Shown here: positions 39,969 through 48,314 of the stretch, in pieces | Numbering within the stretch: position 1 is the first letter of the stretch | Layout: each line of letters opens with the position of its first letter | NCBI GenBank assembly: GCA_963820525.1 | Contig: CAWGAA010000001.1 | Location: forward strand, 2,016,001-2,080,000 | Source: an uncultured Spirochaetota bacterium | Lineage (GTDB): Bacteria > Spirochaetota > Spirochaetia > SZUA-6 > Fen-1364 | Length of the DNA: 64,000 nt | Reading direction: 5' to 3' | The notes under the pieces: generated by a model | Seen by the model: the letters and a program-made list of their open reading frames with translations, nothing else | Databases searched by the model: none | What the model was told of the DNA's origin: nothing | Made by a program: the position numbers and the translations under genes

Positions 39969-41066
39969 TCAAGCAGGAATCTTCGATTCCTCCTCCGTCC
40001 CACGAATCCTCACCCAGTCTTTGAGTTTGCGCTGGTACAGTTGCTCCTCCTTCCATCGATACGGCGTGTTCGACAGCAGCATCCTGCGCATCATGCCAAA
40101 GGTCTTTCGCAAGACCGCAATTCGCGCTCGACCGTACCCTTTGCGTTGGACAAGCTCCCGGAAGAACTCTCCCAACAGCGGCGATGAATCCGCCAAGTGG
40201 AGCACAGCCTCGGTGAACAACGTGCGCGCCAGGCACCGACTGCGCCGATTCAGTCGACCCACGTGCGTGGTGCCTCCGCTGGAGCGCACAGTCGGCACCA
40301 CCCCCAGGTAAGCCAACAAAGCCCGCAGGCAGCGAAATCGGCGGATATCTCCGACCTCCGACAGAAACCCCAGCGCCAAGAGCGGAGTCACCCCGCGGAT
40401 CCCGATGAGCACCAGCACTTGCTGTTCGAAGGGCTTTCCCGCGCGGTAGATCTCCCGCTGCAGACTCTTCTTCTGCTCTTTAAGCTGGGCAAGAATCCCA
40501 AGGCTCATCGTGATGCTGAACAGACTGGCCGGGGAAAGCTCAAGGGCGGCAATCAGCTGCAGCCCCACCGTGGGATTGTCCACTATCCGGACGCCGAGCT
40601 TACGGTCAGTGATGCCATTCTCGACCAGCACGCTCTGCGCCTGCGCCTTCAATTGGCGGCTCTGATTGTTGAGAATCTGCCAGTGGGAGAACAGCCGCCG
40701 CAACTCCCGCACCTCAGGGGTCGGCTGCCAGACCTCGGGCAGCACCAGCTCCCCACTTTGAGCCGCTGTCCACAGCCCCAGCGACAGTGCCCCCGCATCA
40801 TGGCGATCCGTCTTGTGCCAAGAGTCGCGGATGATGCGAAACCGATACGGGTCGATGACGACGCAGCGAGCTCCTCGGCGCTGAATCCGCTCCGCCCACC
40901 AGAAGCTCCCAGAGCAGCTCTCCAACGCCACCGAGTCCTGCGGCCCAAGGGTCGCTACATAGCCGGCGGTCTCCACCCTGGCCAGATAGCGCACCTCATG
41001 GCCAGCCTCGTCGCGAATCGACACGGCGGCACTGCCTTTGTGTAGGTCAAGCCCGTGATACCTCAT
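39969..41066 (-). CDS. IS110 family transposase/recombinase (DEDD RuvC-like plus Tnp domain)
   Basis: GLDLH, ALE, KTDRHDA (DEDD); EVGDIRRF, AYLGVVPTVRSSGG (catalytic Ser); RBS GGGAGG. Confidence 0.95.
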   Translation of the reverse strand: MRYHGLDLHKGSAAVSIRDEAGHEVRYLARVETAGYVATLGPQDSVALESCSGSFWWAERIQRRGARCVVIDPYRFRIIRDSWHKTDRHDAGALSLGLWTAAQSGELVLPEVWQPTPEVRELRRLFSHWQILNNQSRQLKAQAQSVLVENGITDRKLGVRIVDNPTVGLQLIAALELSPASLFSITMSLGILAQLKEQKKSLQREIYRAGKPFEQQVLVLIGIRGVTPLLALGFLSEVGDIRRFRCLRALLAYLGVVPTVRSSGGTTHVGRLNRRSRCLARTLFTEAVLHLADSSPLLGEFFRELVQRKGYGRARIAVLRKTFGMMRRMLLSNTPYRWKEEQLYQRKLKDWVRIRGTEEESKIPA

Positions 41067-41074
41067 CAGTCCTC

Positions 41075-41337
41075 CCTTCGGCTCGGATCTCCACAGCGGA
41101 GGAGGAGACTCCCGTGAAGGCACTGATGGCTCCACTCTACTATCCAGCATCGCCTCTGGCGTGCTATGTTGGTGGTGCGAAACGGCGGTAGGTGGCCGGC
41201 CAAACTTGTTATCGTGGTCGTCGTTGACGCCACAGGACGTTGACGGCCATCTACCGCGCTCCTTTCCCCGCTCGGTACCGAGTTGTCACGCAGTATACAG
41301 CCACCCACCACCTCGTCCATCAAAGCCTTCTCGGCCG
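41075..41337 (-). ncRNA. Putative bridge RNA (seekRNA) of the IS110 element; ends approximate
   Basis: ~280-bp non-coding end with two stem/internal-loop hairpins whose loops match the target site (AACGTCCT, AACAAG) and the donor junction (ATAGTAG, CAAC). Confidence 0.8.
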
Positions 41338-41353
41338 ACGTGCATCATATCAA

Positions 41354-42043
41354 CTTGTTTACCAACTTCCGTGGATCCCTGCGTTTATAGATTCCTCCTC
41401 GATCAAGGAAGTATTCAATGAGACTGCGGCAGCTTTGATGCTTCCAGCACGTAGGCCCTATCTCGGCAAACGCTGCAAGCGCCTTGAATGATCCACGTAT
41501 GCAGCTCTTCGTCTTGTTTGGTTGGGCCTTGGGTTCATGCATTTCACAGAGATATCCACCATCGGCCCTTACTGATTTTTCAAGAAGTTCGATGCTGCGC
41601 TGCAGACGCGGGTCTTTTCGATAGCCCAGCATAATGAAGGTTCGGATGTTGTACCCGTACAGACAGGAGAAGTGCTTGTACCAGTCACCATCTTCTTGTT
41701 GGAGACCAAGATATCGCTCCGCGGCGAGCTCTACCTTTGGGTGCGTTCTATCAAGGCCAAGCTCCGCGAGATAGGCCAGGCAGAAGTGGGTTGTGGCAAA
41801 GCTGCCGTACTCCGCGCCGTCTCCGACCGTCTTCTGTGTCCTTGGATTCGTCTGCAGCCAATACCCTTTTGGATGCATTCTTTCGAATAGCCGAATCACC
41901 GCCGCCGATTGAGCGAGTTTTTGACGCGCTGCAATTACTTCTGGATTATTGGCAGGCACATCTGATAGTTCCGTCAGCGTCCGATATCTAGCGGAAGGAT
42001 CTGAGGGATCGAGAAGCCAAGTCAGTATCGGATTAGCTTTCAT
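41354..42043 (-). pseudogene. 5' part of an alpha-barrel (prenyltransferase/squalene cyclase-like) hypothetical gene interrupted by IS110
   Basis: WLLDPSDPSARYRTLTEL, QEDGDW, ADGGYLC; frame ends 3 codons inside the IS. Confidence 0.8.
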
Positions 42044-42468
42044 TTATCAGCTTTCGACCCGCGCATGTCCATCACCGCGCGGAGTATCGTCTTGGCAGCC
42101 TGGAATGAAGACTCATCTGTAACGATAACGCGTACAGCATACCCCTCGGGATGTTTCTTTGCGGATTCGATTTCCGCCTTGATCTGCTTTGGCAGCCGGG
42201 ACGCGAGGAGGCGCTCCCTTTCCTTTTCCCTCACCCCCAGGACGACGAGAAATGAACCTTGTGCGGGCGAAAGGTAAAACAGTGCCTTTTTCGTGTCGTG
42301 AACCTTGTACTGCCAGCCGTAGTTTTTCCCGTAGTATTTCCACTCCTGGGCATACCCGCGGGGTATGGCAACAAGCTGGGCGAACAATGAATGGGCGCCG
42401 CCAAGGATCTGCTTCACGTCTCTGTCGGTCGGCGCGTTGTCCTTTTCTCGAAACGAACTGCCTTTCAT
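42040..42468 (-). CDS. DUF3788 family protein
   Basis: EWKYYGKNYGWQYK..KKALFYL; ATGA-coupled to the downstream gene. Confidence 0.75.
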   Translation of the reverse strand: MKGSSFREKDNAPTDRDVKQILGGAHSLFAQLVAIPRGYAQEWKYYGKNYGWQYKVHDTKKALFYLSPAQGSFLVVLGVREKERERLLASRLPKQIKAEIESAKKHPEGYAVRVIVTDESSFQAAKTILRAVMDMRGSKADK

Positions 42469-42562
42469 TTTCCTCTCCACTCCGCCAATGATTACGACAA
42501 GTCCCGCGATTTTCAACCCTATTCTTGAAGAACGGCCGTCCGGCGGGTATTCTTAGAACTCA

Positions 42563-42843
42563 ATGGCAAAAAAAACTGTCAATAAGGTCGCTACGACCAA
42601 TCTGGGATTCGAAGCCAAGCTCTGGGCAGCGGCGGATGCGCTGCGCAACAACATGGATGCCGCGGAGTACAAGCACGTTGTACTCGGGCTCAAACCGTGA
42701 GGGAAAACGTGCGCGCGCAGATCAGGGTGCAGATAAAACGGATTCTACGGAAGTACGGCTACCCGCCGGATAAAGAGGCCAAGGCAACGGAGACCGTGCT
42801 TGAACAGGCGGCCGTGCTTTGCCCCGAATGGGCCGCGGCATAA
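42563..42843 (+). pseudogene. hsdM/hsdR: Collapsed type I restriction-modification locus: hsdM 5' end fused to hsdR 3' end
   Basis: MAKK...[31 protein letters not shown] (HsdM N-term), then in another frame [27 protein letters not shown]...ATETVLEQA (HsdR C-term, DUF3387-like). Confidence 0.88.
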
Positions 42844-42861
42844 AAACGGAGGACAAATAAG

Positions 42862-43725
42862 ATGTGCGAGTTCTGCACGAAACACGGCGAGGGAAAAACC
42901 TGGTATCTCCAGATGAAGAACTACTCCCAGGAGCTGCGGAGTGCAAAGCTTTCCCCCGCGCAGCGCAAGGCGTCGGGTTTTGAAACCCGATCGGAGTGGC
43001 TGGACGCCTTTTTCAGGGGATTCGTCCTGGGGGAGGGACGCGGCGGGGAGGAAAAACCCGCGCGCCCTTTGACTGAGGATGCCATCACCCGCCGTCAAAT
43101 GATCGTCCACTTCGGCCAGATCATACCCCTCAAAGACGTGGAGGAAATCCTGGACGTGATGACGTCTATCACGCGGGTTCCCTGCGGCTGCCGCTACATC
43201 ACCACCGGAAAGGCGGACAAGCGCTACTGTTTCGGCGTGGGCTACGACCCCACCGGCGCAATGGGGCGCTACCCCGACGCCTCTTCGGGACTGGAAGTGA
43301 TGGGCCGAGATGAGGCGAAGAAGATCTTCCGGGATTTCGACCGCGAGGGTCTGATTCACAGCATCTGGACGGGGATCTCGCCCTACGTAATCGGTATATG
43401 CAACTGCGACCATGACTGCCTTGCATACCGCACCAGCATAGCGCAGAACGGTCCGGCGTCCTTCTTCCGCGCGGAGTACGTGTGCGAGGTGGACGTCGAC
43501 AAATGCACGGGCTGCAAGTCGTGCATGAAGCAGTGCCAGTTCGGCGCGCAGTTCTACTCCCATTCAATGGGCAGGGTATACATCGATCCCACGCGCTGCT
43601 ACGGATGCGGTTTGTGCATGGCCGCGTGCGCCGAGAATGCCGTCCGGCTCCTGCCGCGCAAGGGACATAAGGTCGCGGGCAACTTGTGGTTGAAAGCCGG
43701 GAAAGAGTCCAAAACGCCGGTGTAG
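42862..43725 (+). CDS. 4Fe-4S dicluster domain protein
   Basis: MCEFCTKHGEG, CGCR, ICNCDHDC, CTGCKSCMKQC, CYGCGLCMAAC. Confidence 0.88.
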   Translation: MCEFCTKHGEGKTWYLQMKNYSQELRSAKLSPAQRKASGFETRSEWLDAFFRGFVLGEGRGGEEKPARPLTEDAITRRQMIVHFGQIIPLKDVEEILDVMTSITRVPCGCRYITTGKADKRYCFGVGYDPTGAMGRYPDASSGLEVMGRDEAKKIFRDFDREGLIHSIWTGISPYVIGICNCDHDCLAYRTSIAQNGPASFFRAEYVCEVDVDKCTGCKSCMKQCQFGAQFYSHSMGRVYIDPTRCYGCGLCMAACAENAVRLLPRKGHKVAGNLWLKAGKESKTPV

Positions 43726-43868
43726 CGGGTTGCGGGTTGGCTGTGCAAAGCCAGCCCTCGCCTGCCCGTCCAGTGTAAAGGCCGGACCGTTCCGTGCATT
43801 GCCGCCGCGGAGACGGGCGATATCCTGCCCTCTCCGGCAGCGCATGGCGCCGGAGAGGAGCGTCGAAC

Positions 43869-44774
43869 GTGCAGAAGAAGATCCCGGTCATCCTCGACAC
43901 CGACATCGGCAGCGACATCGACGACACCTGGGCCCTGGCGATGATGCTCAACTCGCCGGAGCTCGACATGAAGCTGGTCGTTTCCGAGACCGGCAACACC
44001 GACTACCGGGCGAAGATCATCGCCCGCCTGCTCGAGGTCGCTGGCCGGACGGACATCCCCGTCGGGGTGGGGATCTGGCAGGACTCCGACACCGGCGGCC
44101 AGGAGCCCTGGGTCAAGGACTACGACCTGCGGAAGTACCCGGGCACGGTCTACCACGACGGGGTGGAGGCGATCATCCGCACGATCCGCCAGAGCGAGGA
44201 GCCGGTGAGCCTGATCTGCATCGGCCCGTTGCCCAATATCCGTCTGGCCCTGGCCAAGGCTCCGGACATCGCCCCGAAGGCTCGCTTCGTCGGCATGCAC
44301 GGCTCGCTCCGGCGCCAGTACGACGGCGCCCCGGGCGCCTCGGCCGAGTACAACGTGGTGGCCGACCCGCCGGCCGCCATCAAGGTCTTCAGCGCCCCTT
44401 GGCGGGAGGGGGTGATCACGCCCCTGGATAGCTGCGCGCTGGTCCGGCTGAAGGACGACAGGTACCGGAGGGTCCGCGCCTCGGCCGATCCGCTCATCCA
44501 GGCGGTGCTGGAGAACTACTCGGTCTGGTGCGGGACGAGCCCCGAGGCCCGCGCGCGCTTCGAGGCCGGCTCGAGCATCCTCTTCGACACGGTGGCGATC
44601 CACCTGGCCTACTCCACCGAGTTCCTGGTGGTGGAGACGCTGGGCGTCAGGGTCGAGATGAACGGCTTCACCCGCGAGGACCCCAAGGCCCGGCCCTTCC
44701 ACGTGGCGATCGACTGGAAGGACCTCCCCGGCTACGAAGACGAGCTGGTCAGGAGGCTCCTGCGGCGAGGATGA
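43869..44774 (+). CDS. Nucleoside hydrolase (IUNH family)
   Basis: VILDTDIGSDIDD, IGPLPN, AEYNV; GTG after GAGGAG. Confidence 0.9.
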   Translation: MQKKIPVILDTDIGSDIDDTWALAMMLNSPELDMKLVVSETGNTDYRAKIIARLLEVAGRTDIPVGVGIWQDSDTGGQEPWVKDYDLRKYPGTVYHDGVEAIIRTIRQSEEPVSLICIGPLPNIRLALAKAPDIAPKARFVGMHGSLRRQYDGAPGASAEYNVVADPPAAIKVFSAPWREGVITPLDSCALVRLKDDRYRRVRASADPLIQAVLENYSVWCGTSPEARARFEAGSSILFDTVAIHLAYSTEFLVVETLGVRVEMNGFTREDPKARPFHVAIDWKDLPGYEDELVRRLLRRG

Positions 44775-44878
44775 AAGCGGAAGGATCTGGTGCAGCCGCC
44801 ATGCCGACTTCTCCTTTCCAATCTGTCGCCGCGTTCTACTCGAGATCCGCGGAATATGACCTGAACAGCGCGCCGGAT

Positions 44879-45760
44879 TTAATTCTGCCTAAGCATATCC
44901 GAAACCTTCACTTCGGGATGGTGGTAATCTATTCCCTCATGTTTACACCAGTGATGAATTGCCTTTGTAGGACACCATTCGTCGCAGGCAAGACACATCT
45001 CGCAATGGTGCTGCCAAACCGGCTTCTTTTCGATTATTTTGATATTCTGGGCGGGGCAGACCTTTGCGCAAATGGAACAGCCATTGCATTTCTCGTCGAC
45101 ATAAATGCTCTTATCGGTCAATGGGATCATTTCATAATATTCTAGACTTGTGTCTTTTGGTTCTTTTGAGCGCTCTATGAGGGCATTTAAATATGCCTTG
45201 TGCATCATTCGATATAGAGGGGCCATTAGCGAATTAAATAATGATTTGACAATCCTGTGTTTGGTCTTTCTCTTGTTGACTATGTATCCGCAGATGACCG
45301 CGGTTTTCTGCCTGCACTTTTTAAACATTGATTCTTGATCTTTATTTATAGGAATTGGAATATGATCGTAGTCCAGGTTGTTCATAGGAAGTCTTACAGA
45401 ATACTCCCCTGAAAGCCGTCCACCAATCGATTTGACAAACCGAGCAAAGTTTTTTAAGGTGGGAAGCGCGTTCACAATCTCATAACCTCCGCAAGTACAT
45501 ACGGCAAATACATGCTTTGATCCGATATTTTCCAGTTTCTTGATAAAGCTTTCCACCATAAGAGGTACACCGTGGAGCTGAGCCATATAAGACGGGAAAA
45601 CGATCACAATACTCTCAGCTTCAGTTCTTATGCTTTCTTTGGCTATGACCGAGGGAATGGATATCAAAGCCCCCTTGATCTTTTGGGCAATATCTCTTGC
45701 TACAGACAGGGAATTTCCGGTTCCAGAAAAGAAATAGACTTCGGTATTCAAAATAGACAT
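44879..45760 (-). CDS. EFR1 family ferredoxin (flavodoxin-like plus 4Fe-4S)
   Basis: YFFSGTGNS, CNGCSICAKVCP, CEMCLACDEWCP, YHHP. Confidence 0.9.
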   Translation of the reverse strand: MSILNTEVYFFSGTGNSLSVARDIAQKIKGALISIPSVIAKESIRTEAESIVIVFPSYMAQLHGVPLMVESFIKKLENIGSKHVFAVCTCGGYEIVNALPTLKNFARFVKSIGGRLSGEYSVRLPMNNLDYDHIPIPINKDQESMFKKCRQKTAVICGYIVNKRKTKHRIVKSLFNSLMAPLYRMMHKAYLNALIERSKEPKDTSLEYYEMIPLTDKSIYVDEKCNGCSICAKVCPAQNIKIIEKKPVWQHHCEMCLACDEWCPTKAIHHWCKHEGIDYHHPEVKVSDMLRQN

Positions 45761-45884
45761 GCTCCTTCGATCTTTTTCTCTAGTAAACTGCATCCGTTAT
45801 TCTTTGACAAGGCAAGAATGTCCGCTGCTCGCCGAAGTTCAGCGGCACGAGCAGCATGTCCGCCGCATAGAGGAAGCTATCTTC

Positions 45885-46647
45885 TTACAAAAGGACCGAT
45901 ATACCCCGACTCCGCAAGTAATCTTTCACCTACCGAATACTCAACAGACGGTAATGAAAGACCGATGCCGCCAACAATATGCTGGCCCCACCCTGCAAGA
46001 CCGCATCTGCAAAATGCTGGAGTTCCCCGGCCCCCCCGGATGCCACCACCGGAACCGCCACTGCCTCCGAGATCGCTTTGGTAAACTCCAAGTCATACCC
46101 TGCCTGGGTCCCATCACCATCCATACTGGTCGGCAGTATCACGCCCGCCCTAAACCCTCGCACTGTTTTGCCCATTCTACCGCGTCTTTCCCAACCGGTT
46201 GCGTGCCCCCTGACACCACAAGTTCAAACCCAGACGACATGGCCTTGTTTCGACGCGCATCAATCGCTACGGTAATATGCTCCGAACCAAACTTCGCTGC
46301 AGCTTCACTGATCAGCGCCGGGCGTCTTACCGCCACGCTGTTCATGGAGACCTTGCCGCGCCTGCCTCCATCAGCAGGTCGATATCTTCCAGCGCGGGAA
46401 TACCGCCACCGACGGTCAGCGGGATCTCTATGACCGACGAAACGTTTCTTACCCATTCAAGCCGAGTCTTGCGATTTTCTACAGTGGCCGCAATATCAAG
46501 CATGGCCAACTCATCAGCACCTTCTCGCTCATAAAATGAGGCATTTTCCACCGGATCGCCTGCATCCTTCAGGTCTGTAAAATGGATTCCCTTGACTACA
46601 CGCCCATTTTTCATATCAAGACACGGCATGATTTTGACTATCCTCAA
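45885..46647 (-). pseudogene. hisF: Imidazole glycerol phosphate synthase cyclase subunit HisF, disrupted
   Basis: [57 protein letters not shown] spread over three frames; frameshifts near 46355 and 46148, in-frame TAG at 45930. Confidence 0.9.
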
Positions 46648-46664
46648 TAGTTTCTCCTTTCCTC

Positions 46665-47957
46665 TCACGCACCGCTCAAGTAGCGCGCGGTCGTAGCATT
46701 GGTGCGCGCCAATTTCCGCGCAATCAGGCGGGAGAGAAAGATTCCATAGTGCGGATAGCTTTTTATTACTTTGATGAAGGAGTTCTTGTGGATACGGATG
46801 AGCTTGCAGTCCTCCTCCGCCCGCACGGTGGCGCTGCGGCGGTTATCCAAGAGGAACGACATCTCGCCCATGAAGATATCCGCAGGTGTGATGAAGCCCA
46901 CGAGCTGTTTCTTATGGAAGATGCTGAAGCGGCCGCTGAGGATGTAGTAGACGAAGGTGGACGCTTCTCCCTCGCGGAAGACGATATCGCCGCGCTTGAA
47001 CCTCACCGCTTCTTCTTCACGGAAGCCTTGAGGAGATGCCATATCCGTGGGACAGTGCTCGATGGTCAGCGTGGCCTCGTTGCCCTTGGAGTTGTAGGAA
47101 AGCCCCTTCGCGAAGCCGCGCGCCATCAAAATGCCGCGACCCAGGAGCGCGGTGGTGTCCCGCGTGGCAAGAGAAGCGAGGTATTTACGTACGTCAAAAC
47201 CATCGCCCTGGTCGCGGACGCGGAACGTGGAGCGTTCGGGGTGGATCTCGTATTCCAGGGTTACACGCTTGGCTGAAATCCGCGGGTCTCTGCACTTGTC
47301 CGCAACCAGCTCGAAGATGCCGCGGCCCTGATCCAGGAACGCCTTCTTCTCTTCGTAGCTGATCTTGCAGTTGCCATGTTCGATGCCGTTCAAGATCAGC
47401 TCCGAGAGAGCAATGGTGAGGTTGGTCTTTACCTGCTCGTCGGCAAAGCCCTTGTTGGTGAGGTAGATGGCCAGAAGATTGACATAGCTGGGCACGGCGA
47501 GCACGTCGTTGTCTATCGTAAGGGATCCGGACACCTTGTCCGTAAACCTGTCCGAGATGTCGCGCTGCGAGATCACCTGCAGGTTCTCTCTGATGATAGC
47601 GATGGTTTTGGCCAGGTTACTGCGAATACGGCCGTGCTCGAAGAGGTTGAGCACATTGAGCCGTTTCAGCGAATCTGCGAGCGCCTTCTCCTGGTCCACG
47701 CTCTTGTCGAAAAGCCCAATGATTCCGAAGTTATGCAGCCACGTGTCCGCGGTGATTTGTTCAATGATGTGCCTGCGGTCCAGAACCTGATCCGAAAAGT
47801 TTATAATGGCGATTTCCGGCATCTCGAAATTCAGGTACTCAATCGCCTGCTCGGTTTCAGAGTAATACCCAATCATGTCCGCGGAGGAAAAGTGCGTAAG
47901 TTCCTTTTCAATGTCCAGATTGAGACTGTTGTCCGAGCATAGGACGCCGATTCGCAT
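46665..47957 (-). CDS. Receiver-like + HATPase_c (anti-sigma kinase-like) + cyclic-nucleotide-binding protein
   Basis: LSELILNGIEHGN, DQGDGFD, GRGILM; C-terminal IVFREGE...MGEMSFL...RSATVRA. Confidence 0.85.
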   Translation of the reverse strand: MRIGVLCSDNSLNLDIEKELTHFSSADMIGYYSETEQAIEYLNFEMPEIAIINFSDQVLDRRHIIEQITADTWLHNFGIIGLFDKSVDQEKALADSLKRLNVLNLFEHGRIRSNLAKTIAIIRENLQVISQRDISDRFTDKVSGSLTIDNDVLAVPSYVNLLAIYLTNKGFADEQVKTNLTIALSELILNGIEHGNCKISYEEKKAFLDQGRGIFELVADKCRDPRISAKRVTLEYEIHPERSTFRVRDQGDGFDVRKYLASLATRDTTALLGRGILMARGFAKGLSYNSKGNEATLTIEHCPTDMASPQGFREEEAVRFKRGDIVFREGEASTFVYYILSGRFSIFHKKQLVGFITPADIFMGEMSFLLDNRRSATVRAEEDCKLIRIHKNSFIKVIKSYPHYGIFLSRLIARKLARTNATTARYLSGA

Positions 47958-48096
47958 AGATGCTCCTGGAGCTTGATAAAAGCTGTCAATAAACCTCGAG
48001 AGATTACGATAACAAGTTCTCCCGATAGTAGCAAGGTGCCGACCCATAGGGAGAGGGAGTAGCGGGGGCTCAAGCTCCTGGTGCTCCCTTCCATGG

Positions 48097-48291
48097 CTAT
48101 ATTGGCTGTTTATTCTTCTTAATGAGATCTCTCTCTATTCCTTCTTTCTGTTTTTCAGTAAGCTCCGGCAGCTTTATATCAACTGTATCAAGAGTGCTCT
48201 CCATTTTCCTGTATTCCTCAGATTCTTTCAACCTGCGGAGCCTCTTTTTTGACCTGCGCCTGTCCCATCGGTTGATCTTTCTCTTCGCCAT
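48097..48291 (-). CDS. Small basic hypothetical protein (64 aa)
   Basis: Strong RBS AAGGAGG; Arg/Lys-rich N-terminus. Confidence 0.55.
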   Translation of the reverse strand: MAKRKINRWDRRRSKKRLRRLKESEEYRKMESTLDTVDIKLPELTEKQKEGIERDLIKKNKQPI

Positions 48292-48314
48292 GGAGTGGTC
48301 CTCCTTGGTATTAA

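Larger units (their letters stand above)
39956..41353 (-). mobile_element. Complete IS110-family insertion sequence with sub-terminal inverted repeats, flanked by CT core dinucleotides
   Basis: CT at 39954-39955 and 41354-41355; 12/13 IRs TATGATGCCCGTC (39958-39970) and GACGTGCATCATA (41337-41349); excision restores N-K-D-V-Q reading frame. Confidence 0.93.

Noticed and set aside
45820..45860. Hairpin GCTGCTCG...CGAGCAGC as a possible attC site
   Set aside because: Lacks AAC/GTT core boxes; equally compatible with a terminator-like stem
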